Shown one piece after another: positions 1 to 13,134 of a stretch of DNA of 64,000 bases (the first letter of the stretch is position 1; every line of letters begins with the position of its first letter). The notes under the pieces are model-generated. The model saw only the letters and a list, made by a program, of their open reading frames with translations. It made no database searches and was not told the origin of the DNA. The stretch comes from Marsupella aquatica. Taxonomy: Eukaryota > Plantae > Marchantiophyta. A program made the translations under genes and the position numbers. The DNA lies in the NCBI GenBank assembly GCA_973895155.1, contig OZ316896.1, positions 9,559,525-9,623,524 on the forward strand. The letters are read 5' to 3'.

Positions 1-1
1 T

Positions 2-184
2 GACACTAATCTACATGATGCTCGGTACATGCTATTCCTAGGTAAACTCCATACCCATTGGATAGGTTCCTACAAGGTTATTAGAGTTTGGCAAAATGGG
101 TTTGTATCACTTGCAATTTTGGATGGAACACCCTTAGACACAATCAATCCGGCAAGAGTTAAGTCTTGCCTCTTACCACCTTAA
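2..184 (+). mobile_element. C-terminal end of a Ty3/gypsy LTR-retrotransposon integrase (truncated by window edge)
   Basis: Frame 2 reads DARYMLFLGKLHTHWIGSYKVIRVWQNGFVSLAILDGTPLDTINPARVK*, a degenerate GPY/F integrase module (FPGKLxxxWxGPY...NG...NxxRLK), followed by a polypurine tract. Confidence 0.8.
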
Positions 185-209
185 AGCTTGTGAGGACACG
201 GTGCAATTT

Positions 210-1583
210 GGGGGGAGACCTATGTGATATAGTGGTTATTTTGAGGAGTATAAAGCATTAAAAACTTGAAATTTTAAAGATTTCTCAGACTTTAAGGGAG
301 TCTTTTATGTTATTAAACAAATTCCTAAGATCACATGAGTTTAAGGGGTCCAAAAAGCTAGGCGGCTTTGATGTTCTTAAGGGAGATGTCAAGGAAGTCC
401 CAAAGCAGATGACACCAAGGAGGACAGGTCAATGACGACAAAGATGCCAAAATTAACTAAGAGATAGTCATCTTTGACATCCCTTTGTTCAGACGTCAAG
501 GATGTCATGACCTGAACGCCCCAGCACGGAGACGACAACAAGAAAGAGGCCGGCCAAAAATTACAAGGCGTCTTTGACCTTCCCTATGTAAGGACGTTCA
601 CCCCCATGGGAATGACGGCCCCGACGGTAGAAAGGTGACATCTTTGACATTACTTTTGTAAGGATGTCCAGGAAGTTCCCTCCCTTAAGCACCTGACAAT
701 TTGACAACCCCGCGCGACGGCCTGAAGAGTTTTGCGTGATGTCTTTGATGTTCCTCAAGAAAGAACGTCTTGTACATCAACTTTTTCATGACCTAATAAC
801 GATCGAGACGGCGGAATGATATTTTACTGCAAGATTAACTATGAAGCTTGGTGACGGCCGACAATGGAGACGCGAGCTTCAACCTTTAGTTCTTCTCGAT
901 CTATGTGAGCACCGTTTGCATTTGCTTTTCTTCCTAGCTATAGGAATGCAGTTGCTTAGAGATAGTTTGGTCTGACAAAATCTAAACCAAAATTGATAAG
1001 CTTATGAGAGATATTGAGTTACAGAAGTTCTCTGATTTATTGAAGTTAGAAGACTATTGAGGTGTGAGCTTCATCTGATGAATTATACTACCTTATTAAC
1101 TGTTCATCTTTTTACTCCATTCTTTCTTTAGAAAAAGTGCACCTGCCATAGGACATTGCAACTCTATTCCCAATTGACATTTTTTAGCCATTCACAAGAA
1201 GGAAATCATTAAGCTTTCTCTGATTTTCTAAATTTCTGAAGAGCTATAGCTGCCGGAGTTTTGCCAATTAGTAAATGCATCAGAATAGTCGTGCCTTCTA
1301 ATCCTAAAACTTACTTTCAGCTACTTGGCAACTTAGTAGAGATGAGCTTGAGTCATTTACTTTTTCTTCAATGGGCCAATGTGGCTCGTTGATTGCTCAC
1401 TTTCTTAATGCACCGAGAGCTTAGGTGGAGGTGATACAGTCGTCGATCGACAACGTGATTTCGTCTGGTTCTCCTCAATCTGCTGACATTGATTTCAAGA
1501 TGCCATTGTAAGTTTCTTGTAATCTTGGAGCAAGGATTCTACTTTGCCAATGCACCCTCTGAATCTTAAAAACGTGGTTCACA
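210..1583 (+). mobile_element. Polypurine tract plus probable 3' LTR
   Basis: GGGGGGAGA (210-218) directly after the integrase stop; TGTGA at 223 and the inverted TCACA at 1579-1583 (alternative 1587-1591). The right boundary is uncertain. Confidence 0.55.
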
Positions 1584-2487
1584 TCCTCACAGTTTTAGCT
1601 ACTTTGAAACATTTTGTACTGAATGAGAAGATAATATATGGACTTCTAGATATCCATATAGAAATGTGCCTGTGGCATTTAAGATCCAGTTGACGAGAGG
1701 AATTTTTCTATGGTGTGGGGTTGGCCTTCTGGTCCTTTCACTTGGACTGTGTAGACGTCCCTTGTCTCCTTGGCCCTCTGGAGTACTCATGAAATGTGGA
1801 CGGGTCCGGGTAGCATGCCATATAATGGAACTACTCCTGTCTTAAATTGAAGGGTAGGTTTTCGGTAGTTTCAGCAAACTCAACTTTACGGGTACTTGGG
1901 TACTTCTAAAGTTCGGGAAATTCCTAGGGGCACTAGAATTCATTTCCCTAAATTAAATGTCAGCCTACGCTGATTACTCTGATTTGAAGTAAATGCAAGA
2001 ATACACCAGACATCGGTTGAGGAATAATTATCCACTTCATATATTACAAGTGTCAGCTGACCCTCTCTAAGTTTTACTGATACAATACAACTCGTCTCGT
2101 CTCGTCAATCACCTTACAAATCAACTCTTCAAATTTTTCTTGGTGATAAACAACGGACTCGCTGTAATGGCTGACCACGTCACCATAGAGTTCAGTGTAT
2201 CATATTCATCCCTTCCTACTCTCCTGAAGTGACTTGCCAGCCAGTTGGTTCCCTGATATGGTAAAATATGGCAAAGATGAGTTAGAGGCCACCCTGTGAA
2301 CCGAAGAATTGCCATATGGTTAAACTAACTGTGATGCTCCTATCTCCTTGAGCCGATGGGTTATGTAACTCGAGTCCCATATAGTTACAATACTACAACA
2401 GATAGTTGGGTTTGTTTGGAGTTTACGGTCCGAGAGTCATTCAAAGATGTAGTCAGGGCTGGGCACATTCAAAGATGTAGTAAAACT

Positions 2488-5400
2488 TTATTCTCTCTGA
2501 CTGGCTTCATCTTCTTCCCTCAACACACGAAAGCTTGACGGAGTGATCTTCGCAGCGTTGATTTTCTCTAGTCCATCCTTTTTACCATAAAGCAGTTGAC
2601 ATTTCTTCCTCAAGCTTGCATCTCCATCTGGATCTGCGCCGGAACATTGATCGTTCCTTTTAAGAATCCCTTCGCGAGGTACACTTGCTGGGCGTTCTGG
2701 CTGCCGCGCAGCTCCTTCAGGTGCCCTTGATATATCTTCAGTAGATTCACCTTTACTTGAACCATGTTCACTACTAAGCTGTGAGGAATTATCGTCAGAG
2801 TTGGAAGCCGACGCTCTCTTTGCTCGAGTTCTCTTTGCCTTTTCTCTCCACCCTACAAGGCCTTCAAACACGTCCTGTCTAAAAACAGTAAATTTCATTC
2901 TAGTACCCATCTGTCACCAGTCATCAGTGAAAGAGAGTCAGATATCTTGATAATTGGGGATGAAATAAATACGAATGGCTGCTCATTTACATAAAGGAAG
3001 GCGCACCTCACTCCAAATTAGACGAGCAAAAATCACAGGCCCTGAATACCGACAATGTAGCTTCATGCAGCCTGGTCAGGAAAAGAACCTCCATACAAAC
3101 TATACATTGCAGGACATAACAAGTTTTGTAGTTGCATAAGTGGAAGTGGCAATGATATATAACATAGTCTACCTGTGTTACAAGGGCATATATTGGCAAA
3201 GTGCTGTAGCTACACAACAACTGTGTAGATACCCTGCAGTCCAGGAAAGACTTACTTTGTTAGATATTGCAAAGCACGAAAATGTACCCTTGCTAACTGA
3301 CTGGTGGAAATTCCACAGTACTTCACGAGAAGTCATTGGCCCTCGTATTGGCTGATACAGCCATACCGAAAACATCATCGAGAGGAGCCTAATGTAGAAC
3401 TGAATTTCCACAACTAAATTCTACAGCAAGTTTTGAAAGAAAAATTTTCCTTTTAGTGCGTGGATGCCAATCATTACGCCATGAGAAACTTACCCTACGA
3501 TCACTCGCACGATCAGGAGAGCGTGGTTTCCGAGTATGCAAGAGTTCCATCCAAAAATTGTCTGAAATTGCACATAATAAATGAGGAAGACCAGAGTTAG
3601 CTTAATCTATACTATTGTATGTTTATGTGTTGGATGCTTATAGAATTCTTCGATCAGATGACATCTTTTACTTGTAAGCTAATCGAGTGATCTCAACAAT
3701 CCCGACCTCAAAATAACACTTCTGAACATGTCAGAGACTCCCTTGAGAACACGTAGGTTGCAACTTGCAAGGAGCCATGAAAAGAAAGAGATCCATCCAT
3801 TCTGTATGGTATGAAGCTTGAAGTGTTTACCACCAACCAGAAGAAGATCGCGAGTTCGAAGGAATTCTGCACCAGGTAGGGAACTCTTCAGTCAAGGTAG
3901 GGGAAAGGATAGCATTAAGTGCCAGACGATATTTCAAAACGATAATTGCTCTCCGATACATACCTGGAATATAATGAAGTGGAGCAGTCGAAGAAGAAAT
4001 TTTGGGTTGTCGAACCAGAATAGTTGATCACTTGGAGTCACAGCTTCGGCAATGTCGACAACGGAAATGTCCGGCTTTCCTACTTTCCCATTTGCCTCAG
4101 CCTCCTCCGCCAGGATTCGTGCAGCATGCCTCTTGGCTTGCAGAGCCAAAGTAGAAATGATGTGCTGCTGCTTCGTTCCAATTACCAGGACCATCTGAAA
4201 GCAGAACAAGAGTTAGGCATTTGCATCCTGATCTAACGTTTGTTAACCCTCATGGACTTAGGCCTACCGTATGAATTTCCCTCCTAGTGTAATGAAACTG
4301 CTCGCTCCTTGTCGACTTTTATTGAGACGCTTCCAGGAGATGGCAGTATGTAATGTAGATCAAGATCAATAATGTATTCACGGGTCCCAACAGTCTTGTC
4401 CCACAAATCGGATTAAAGAACAGACAGCAAGATGTTTCAAGTTTCACTTACAATGGTGGGAATGAAGGCCATCCAGAAGTATGTATACCAACCTACAAAA
4501 ATTTTGATCAAGACATGTACGTAAAGCAACTCAATATGATTGTCTCCTGAGGTGTGGAGAACCACCAGGAAGCTAAAATGTTCTCTGTCGTCAATTCCAA
4601 CCACGTAAGAAAAGCCAGAAACCTTCAAAAATCCTTGTTAAGCATATCCACGGGGAACAGGAAAGGCTAGCCATAAAAAACATTACCCAAACAAGAAGTA
4701 CTCCTCAGTCAACTAACACGGACTAACAAACTCTAAAATTTTGTAAATTGGGGTTTGAACCCTCAGCGCTGGGAACATCCTTCTGAGAGAACCTTTGGAA
4801 CAAATCAAGACTAGAGACGCATTGGACATCAAAATTGAACAGAAACAATAACAAAAACTCAGAAAACACTCACCGTGAACATTAAGAAGCAGAAACAACA
4901 CCACAAAAAGCCACAGCCACCAGCTGCACATAGAAACATACGGTATGTTTTCAGTCACATGCAACACATGCAAAATGTTGGAAATTGAGGGCTATCACTT
5001 AAAGATAAGAAAACACTGGACAACCTTTGACAAAAATTCTGGTCGTTGGCATTCTGTCTATTACTACAAGTTGTCATTTCAAACAGAAATTGTAGGCACC
5101 TGATTCCAAGGACTTTCTTGAAGTCCACTTCCATTGAGCGAATGACGTAATCCCGAAAGTTAAAAGAATCGCCAAGGTTGTGTTTCTGTATAAGGACATC
5201 CCTACTGTTAAGAAAACAACGAAGTGAGAAAAAAAGCACAGCTAACAAAGAGCAATCATGACAGTAGGCAAACACATCATATGCCTCATGGTCAAGCCCA
5301 CACCTAGAAGAGCAACATGTACCATTAGGTGGTGAAGTCTACCTGATATAATTGAGATCCTCAGTAGTGATTAAAGATCACTTACAGTTAAAAATCCGAG

Positions 5401-7845
5401 TCGAAACGTCAAATAGTCTTCGCTCGAGACAGAACGATAAAACTGATGAAAAAAGCAGAGCTGCACGAAATGAATCCTATGTCAGCACGACAGCAAGAGT
5501 TGGCATAACCAAAAAACAGCAAGGGCTTGTATCAAAAGGATCTCAATGAAGGAAATTGCTTTAGGGCGAGTAATTATTAATTGTACTTCTTACCATCCAG
5601 AGAGAGATGGGATTCTCATAGCACCAATGATTAGCATGTCTATCCACGAATGCACTTGCATGTCCAGGAATTCCAACAAGAGGAGGCCTCTTGCATTGGA
5701 GCTTCTGACAAAGTCTCCTCTCCAGGTCTGCACGAGGAACACATGAGTTTCAAGTCTTGCATCAGTTTATAGCCGTACTGAGCCCTACCTCTGTTGTTCA
5801 CACATCTCACAACTATGCAGACCTCGCTTCTGCCTGGCGTTCCTTATTTTGCTTGTAGCGAACCATTCTAGATGATCTTTGCGTTCATGTAAAAGTGCAG
5901 TCTCTGGCAAATATTATGTAGGCAACGCTCCAGATCCCACACTGAACTTAATCTACATACTGAAAAGGTTCTGTAGCACACCTAACTTTCCATTAAAGCC
6001 AGCATGTCGAGTTTCTTCCTCCCAGTGTCGCCAGTTGTGTAGCTGAAATGTTACGCAAAGCAGAAAAGAAGGACGTTAATATGGCTGGTATGTTGCCTGC
6101 TCAACATTGTCACTGACCCGCCTTTGCCGCTTCATACTAAGTTAAAACCTGCGGCTCCACGAAGCATATGAACAGTAAACGGACAGTAAGCATCAAGAGC
6201 ACGGTTGCCTCACCCTGGCAAATCCTAGAAGCACTGTGATAAGGCTGTAGCAGACATGTGTAATTGCAAGGACGAATATGAAAAGGTGAAGTTGGTGCAG
6301 AACTTCCAGAGAAACGAACGGAACCTTACCCTGCAGTAATCCGCCACCGATCAAACCCATAAGATCAAGCCATTCGTTGAATTGAATAAGTTCGTTAGTA
6401 CGTAATCTGAATCAGAAAGGAAGCACGATCTAGCCTGGTGCTTTGGGTGATTGATAATGTGGACCTCACTATCTATTCAGCTCTCAAGGTTGCTCTCAAT
6501 TAACAGTCGATTTGTTTTACTGCGAATGCAAACTTCAGGAAAACAGAATGCTATTGAATCTCGAATAAAACTATTTTCAAGAAGGCTGTACGATTTTCTC
6601 AAGGCTGTACGTCAACTAAGTCGTTCTCAAGCACCGTAAGATCAATAACGTGTAGAACCACAACAAAACAATCATCTCTAACTTGCTCACATCTGAGCAC
6701 ACTCGAACTGGTGCAATGTTATCATCTCAAATGTACTTGAAGATTCCAAGTAAAAAAGCTTTTCAGGCTTGCCTTTGATCCACAGCGGCCAGTTCCTACA
6801 GATTCTGCCATCAATTGTCGCCTAGGGCCCGCATCCACGGCGTTTAAATAAACATTCAGAAGCCTCCTTCCTAAACTAGTAGAGACTGGAGACAAAGCCG
6901 GCGTAGATGCGGTGCTTGAGGACTCTGCCGCAGTGCAAGGCAACAAGTGCCTGGCAAAACTCGGCGACACGCAAATCTTCACTAGAGAACTCTGGAGTAC
7001 AGTGAGCATTAAGGAAATGAATCCTAACAGCATCAATTCTGCACCATAACGAATTCCACACAAAGATCAGCAGGAGCAAAACTCATTCCTAACTTTGAGA
7101 AACCCAACACAAGTTAAGCAAAAATGACTAAAGTCACACTAATTGAGCTACCCGGCAGATCCAAGCAAGGTCTACAATCATCTTCCGCCCCCACCCCCCC
7201 CCCCCCCCCCCCACAAGATTTTGTTTTAGGGCTAAAGAGGAGGTTCAGGATGTTCAGACCTTCAGTCATTTTGTCGAGTACCTTCCGCAGGGGTTTCTGA
7301 TTCTTCCTCTTCAAGTACTGCAAAGAGAGGTAAACAAAATCAGAAGCTTAACCAGAATATGAAAGAATAAATAACAGGCAGTGATGAAATTTCGTATAGG
7401 ATCGGCACAACGGTATGATCTCAAAAAGTTTCTCTCAGGCGGATCTTTGTTCCGTCTTATTCCTTCTTCGACCCACGTCGTCCATGTTTCACAACGACGA
7501 CCGGAAATCCATGTACACAAGGAGGCAATGAATTTGAAAATCATTTGCATATTCCTACTGAAACGGAACTTCCTCCTATCCTCCCGGAAGACGCAAATCT
7601 CTCAAATTCAAAGGGCCCTCTAATGCTGCTGATCCCAGCTGGCATCTTATTAAGTCCGAAGACTACAACGACGACTTCAGTAAATCTCTTCTCCTCAACA
7701 TTTGTCCACACTTTCAGTCACTCACCTTTCTGAGTCTGTGAATGGAACGCTCCACAACCAGAGAAACTGAAATGAAGACAAATGCTGTGATTGCCACCGA
7801 ATAAGTCGGTGTCTCCTCCAGACCCACAACGTCTGCACTCGTCAT
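2488..7845 (-). CDS. MLO: MLO family seven-transmembrane protein, 16 exons
   Basis: Exons 7845-7726, 7317-7260, 7038-6773, 6330-6214, 6042-5982, 5903-5823, 5727-5594, 5460-5386, 5185-5100, 4923-4874, 4492-4452, 4194-3964, 3866-3831, 3561-3494, 3233-3173, 2910-2488 splice in frame. Motifs: LEETPT, ELMLLGFISL, LHQLHLFIFVLA, WxxWEEE, DYLTFRLGF, RSMEVDFKKVLG, FWFDNP, FQNSFE, CSYSTLPIYALVTQMGT and a CaM-binding-type LxxWxxxAKR. Confidence 0.95.
7187..7212. repeat. Poly-C tract (poly-G in the MLO pre-mRNA, intron 2)
   Basis: Run of about 19 C at 7194-7212 preceded by CCCCCA. Confidence 0.9.
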
Positions 7846-8861
7846 CTCGTTCCCACTTCACTCCTGATTGAGAAGACAGCTTTGCTGGTCTCAGAGGCTG
7901 CTTGCTGTGTCTCGATGTCTGCACCTCAAGTTATCATCTACCCACCTCTTACCCCGTCTGTGAGCTGAGTGAGCACTGTCCAGAGCAAACCATTGACGGA
8001 GACAAGGAGTTATGGCAGAGCTTCTGCGACTCCCTTTCCCACTCGGAGCCGATTTGCCTTCAATCACTTGGAATGTTCGCTCAGTACCTTTTCTCCTGCC
8101 TCGCCCGAAGGTGAGCCCTCTCGTAGCCTCGTCCATCTTTCCAGACCACTGTTTCTTGTCTGCTTGCACCGCAGCGGTCATGTTCAGATTTTCACTCGTG
8201 ATCCACTTTTCGTGTCCTGTCGTTTGTCTACTTTATCGCTCTGCAGTCCAATTCGAGTGCTTGTTGGGTATGGTAGTATGGTCTCTTCTCAGTGTACTGT
8301 CTTTAGACGAGTTTGACTGATAAATTTACGGTGGTGACGCTACATTCGGGATGGCGTTGACATCATCACTGAGCGAATCGGGTGGTCCCCACTAGAACAC
8401 AAATAGGAAAGACCGGACGAAGTTGCAGGAGGGTTCTCGAGAGCTTTGGCCGCCTTGGACTGTAGACGGGCCATTTGCCACAATCCTCTCACATTAAGGC
8501 TCCAAAAGGGGCCAAATGACACATATTTGTTTGTATTCTCCTGCCGGTCCCAAACTTTCCCTATCCCCTCGCGGCCCTGCCCCAGACTCCCCTTCCTGGC
8601 CCGGCCACCCTGCCACCCCGCCCTGCCCGACCCCAAGTGACCGGGCAGTCAGGATGACCAAGTGTGATGGATGACAGGGTCCAGATCCCTCATTTGTCGG
8701 GCAAGTCCAAACCGGGATCATCTCACTTGGTTTCCCTAGGGAATGGTTCCCGTGTGTAACCATTTTTTCGAGTTATTTGTTATTCCCATAATTTCTTATC
8801 GGAAAGTGATCTTTCTTTGGACACTAATTAGGTGTGGATAATGCAGAATGTTTCCTGGGTT

Positions 8862-9207
8862 ACTAGCTTGTAATTATGTGACCAGAAAGTGAAGAAAACC
8901 TTCTGAGCTTTCTTGAAGGAGGGGTTCAGGCCAGAATCAAACCCTTCCCCCCCGCCCCACCCCCCCAAAGACATGCATTATAGTATTTCATTTCTGTCAG
9001 GAATAAAGTTATTTATGGTAACAGATTATGGGAATACCAAGGGCCTCCACAACTATTTATATACTAGTAACCTGCCAATCTGACAGAATTTACTTATTGT
9101 AATGGTGGTCTGGGCAAGGGTTCTAGCCTGAACCCTACTCGAGCAAACTAATCAAACCATGTGTCAAGTTTTCTTCACTTTCTGGTCACAAAGTTATAGG
9201 CTTGGTT
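8862..9207. mobile_element. MITE-like fold-back element upstream of MLO
   Basis: TGTGACCAGAAAGTGAAGAAAAC (~8877) is the reverse complement of GTTTTCTTCACTTTCTGGTCACA (~9168). Inner inverted pairs: GGGTTCAGGCCAGAA / TTCTAGCCTGAACCC and TTCTGTCAG / CTGACAGAA. Confidence 0.7.
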
Positions 9208-9299
9208 GCTCTAGACTAGACCATCATTATCCTATACTTTGTTGTGGAGTGTAGTTGTCAATTATAGCATTATGTGGAGTCCTATTGCTCCAGGTTTTT

Positions 9300-9695
9300 T
9301 CTTTTTCATAGATTGGGTCATAGATAGAGGGTGTCCATTGCCCTTGAGAGGGCTCAAGGTTTCATTATCGATCCTCCAGTGAGCCAAGGCATTTGATCTT
9401 TTGGCCTCTGGACAGATTGCATTTCAAGATACTCCTAAGGGGCTTACTTTGGAGCTCTACAGTACTACCAGGCTTTTCAATCTCAGCCCACTAGGGTGTT
9501 AGTTGGCTACTTAGTGGGTTCTTTGTGTTTTTGCCCTTTGAGGTTGTGGGGGACTCTTTTGCTTGTTGGGCCTCTTCGATCTTCTTGGGGCCTTTTCCCT
9601 TCCTTGTCCCTCCATTCATTGTGTTGCTTTGGGTTTGCATTATGTTTTCCGGTTTTGAATTTTTGTCCTTTGGCACTTTCATATATATTTTTTGC
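9300..9695 (+). mobile_element. 5'-truncated remnant of a CRE-like non-LTR retrotransposon (ORF end plus T-rich 3' UTR)
   Basis: 9319-9360 translates HR*RVSIALERAQG, matching HFRQRISVTLQRAKA of the 62754-63857 ORF. It is followed by a T-rich tail ending TATATTTT. A weaker similar piece lies at ~10173-10400 (shared CTACCAGGCTTTTCAAT). Confidence 0.55.
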
Positions 9696-10870
9696 CAATG
9701 CTGGCTTATGTGAATGAAGGAGATGTTAAGAATATTCAGTATTTTTTTTTTAATAAAATTTTAAGAGAAATCTGTGAAACCCCACATTAAGGGAAGAGTC
9801 AGCCACAATAATTGAACCCAAGACCTATCAGTCTCTACTCAAGTGAGCACCACAAAGTCATGCCTCTATGGGCAGAGTATTCAGTATTTATTTTTTTAGA
9901 CTAGCTTCTGACCCTCAGCTCTTCGTGGAATTAAGATTGACCATTAAACTATGGCTGGGACTATGGCTAATAGGGTCTGTGGCAAGGGATGGCTAGTGAA
10001 ATAAATAAATTTAACTAATTTTGGCCACTTACTTTTCAGAGCAACAAAGGTCACCCAGACCACTCCACCCTTGTGATTTTAAAACGGTCATCTCATACCT
10101 TAGTGTTACGTGAATCATTGTGACCCTAGTGTTATTTAAATCATCGTGACCATACTGCAGTTTGCTTCGAAATTCTACCAGGCTTTTCAATTTGTAGTTG
10201 GCCCCTTCGTTTTCAATTGTCTCCTGGCTGGGCACTTTAGATCTTTTGCCCTTGTTTAGGCTCTTTGGCCGTGCTTTTTACTTTGTTGCTCCAGCTCTAC
10301 TGGGTCTCTAGTCTTTGGAATATTGTCTCTGTCGTGTCCTCTGTCGTGACACTTGGTATGAACTTTTTTGGTTCTTTGACATTTGACAATATTATAATTA
10401 TGCAAAGAGCGAAACAAAGCGTTAGTGGCTTGGTGGCCTGGATCCATACTGGGCCCCACTTCCAGTCCCCAACGCGTCTTCCCCGCCCCAAAATGTGAGT
10501 AGAAAATACATTACACACTGCAAACACCGGTTTGTCCCAAGCGCGTTTCCCCATAGTGTCAACTATTCTATTCTGTCCTTTTGGCCATCACTCGCGCAGT
10601 CGTGCAGGCAGAAATGCAGAAGGTCGGTGACTAGACTAGGCACAGGGCATCCAAGGAAAGCGGGAAACATTTTAAATAATTCTTTAAATGGTCAACACCA
10701 TTTTGCGGGGACTCCAGCCATTGGAAAATGTCGATCCGGGAATCGACGGCAGACGGGCCCACCCGCCTGTCCCTAAAACTTCGGGATCTCGCCCGCCCTC
10801 CGCAACGTCAGCTCACATAGTCACCTTGGCGATGGCGATTGGCGAAGCTAGCAATTATGGTCTGCGCCCG

Positions 10871-10987
10871 CAATTATCGTACTTTCCGTACTTACTACTT
10901 AGGGATGGCTCTATAATAAGTCCGTCCGTACTTTACTTTATTATACGGGGTGTACTTTCCGTATAATTATCGTACTTTCCGTACTTA
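10871..10987. repeat. GTAC-rich direct repeat cluster
   Basis: AATTATCGTACTTTCCGTACTTA occurs twice (10872, 10965); six GTAC cores in about 110 bp. Confidence 0.8.
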
Positions 10988-12594
10988 GGAACTAAGTGAC
11001 CTCAAACCTTGAATTTGGCAGAAGAAAATAATGCCTGAGTATACCAGTTTCGGTCAGGGGTAAGGTGTAGGCGGACACGCATTTTTGTGTCTTATTTTTA
11101 CCGAAGAATTTGTCACCCACTGTGAACGAGAGACAGAAAGGAGAGATTGGAGACACCCTAATGATTCGAGACACCCTAATAGAGCGCCTCAAAACATGGA
11201 TTATGATTTTTGGCCATAAACAATTGGTCATACTTTTTTCACTTTTTTTGAGTTTTCATTAGCCTCTATAGTCACTTATTAGGGTGGGTTTTCAAGCCAA
11301 TGGGGCAATTGTGAGCTATTTCCACCAAAGCAAACAGAAGGCCACTTCACAAACTAAATATAGAGTGCAATTTCACACACTAAATATAGTGTCTATGGGC
11401 CCCAAGGTAATGTAAAGCTAAATGGAGTGTCGTGCACATACACATCGATACATAACATACATCCTTTGTCACACACATCTAAGCATAGTCACAATCTAAC
11501 ACATAAACATAAGATAATGGAGTACAAGTGGAACTCCTCTCCACACATGTCCAAAACCCACAATAATATTCAAAAATAATCAAACATCCATTGACGCCCA
11601 TCAAACACACAATCCAGCCCAATGTCATCACACACTTATGTCAAGCCAAACACACTTTGCACCTCAAGGAATCTACTTTATGTACACAAAACCTATAGAG
11701 TCACACCATAGTTGCTAAAGGTTGTACTTGAAAAACTCAACATCAAAAGATGAGACCTCTGAACCAAGACAGAGTGATAATTACCCCTCACAAACATACA
11801 CTAACCCTAAAACACTTAGGTAACACACATACAAAAGCCTTAAATCTACATAGTCTGATAGACTATACTATCACTCAGAATGGTGTGACAACAGCAACTA
11901 TGCTAGAGTAAATTGCTAAACTCAAGGTAGGTTGGGGACCCACTCAATGTTAGGGTATTCTTTGGCTAGACTCTTTATAGCTCTAACAACAATCTATCTT
12001 ATGAAGGACTTGTGAGTCCACATTTAATGCAAGTGACTCTTAATAAGAATTGACAAAGCTGCCATAAGAAGAGACCTCCAAGAGAAGTGATCTAAAAGGT
12101 AAGACAAAAAAAACCCTAAATTAACCGATAAGCAAAATTTGGGCCTCATTCCATTCCATCTATAAGGTTTAGGATGGAACTGGCAACTTGTTAGGTTGAA
12201 GTGCTCCCAAGGTCTTGTAAAGTGAACAATGGCAGATTCTCCCCAATGGATGGCCCCAATCACATCTTGGGAATAAACAGATTGGAAACTGCCATATTTC
12301 TCCTTGACTCGTGCTTTCTAACTGGATTTACAGGCAACCGGTTGACGTTATGTACAGGAAAATGATGTATACCATATTCAAATACTTGTCATGTTTCATT
12401 GGAGTCCTTTCTGTATTCATATTCATACTATATAAATAACCCTCCCCTTTATTCTGACAATACATGAGGTTAATTTTCTAACCAATAATCACACATCAAA
12501 ACTGTCATAATATATCATGTGCACTCATTGGTTTAAAGTGAATAGCGAGATCTATAATGGTACTAGCCCCATGCCCGTGCGTTGCACGAAAGAC

Positions 12595-13045
12595 TTCGAG
12601 TGAAGGCAAGATTTTGAGTGAGGGCAAGATGTCGAGGTGAGGGCAAGATGTCGAGGTGAGAGCAAGATTTTGAGTGAAGGCAAGATGTCGAGGTGAGGGC
12701 AAGAATTCGAGATGAGGGCAAGATGTCGAGGTGAGAGCAAGATTTCGAGTGAGGGCAAGATGTCAAGGTGAGGGCAAGATGTCGAGGTGAGTGCAAGATT
12801 TGGAGGTGAGAGCAAGATGTCGAGTTGAGGGCAAGATTTATAAGTGAAGGCAAGATGTTGAGGTGAGTGCAAGATTTGGAGGTGAGAGCAAGATGTCGAA
12901 GTGAGGGCAAGATGTCAAAGTGAGAGCAGGATGTCGAGGTGAGGGCAAGATGTTGAGATGAGAGCAAGTTAGATGTTGAGGTGAGGGCAACATGTTGAGA
13001 TGAGAGCAAGTTAGATGTTGAGGTGAGGGTAAGATTTTGAGGCAA
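12595..13045. repeat. Helitron subterminal minisatellite, 18-19 bp unit
   Basis: More than 20 head-to-tail copies of GCAAGATGTCGAGGTGAGG and its variant GCAAGATTTTGAGTGAGG, without spacers. Confidence 0.95.
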
Positions 13046-13134
13046 GGCAAACATGGTTGTGCATTGCAAACTTATAATTCAGGCAAAAAGTCAAAGAGAT
13101 TAATACAAAAGTGATACAATATTTATTCAGGTGT

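Noticed and set aside
8390-8404. CACTAG as a possible CACTA terminus
   Set aside because: No matching inverted terminus or TSD found.
12595-13045. CRISPR-like array and the repetitive ORFs over it
   Set aside because: Head-to-tail units with no unique spacers and no cas genes; eukaryotic Helitron subterminal minisatellite.
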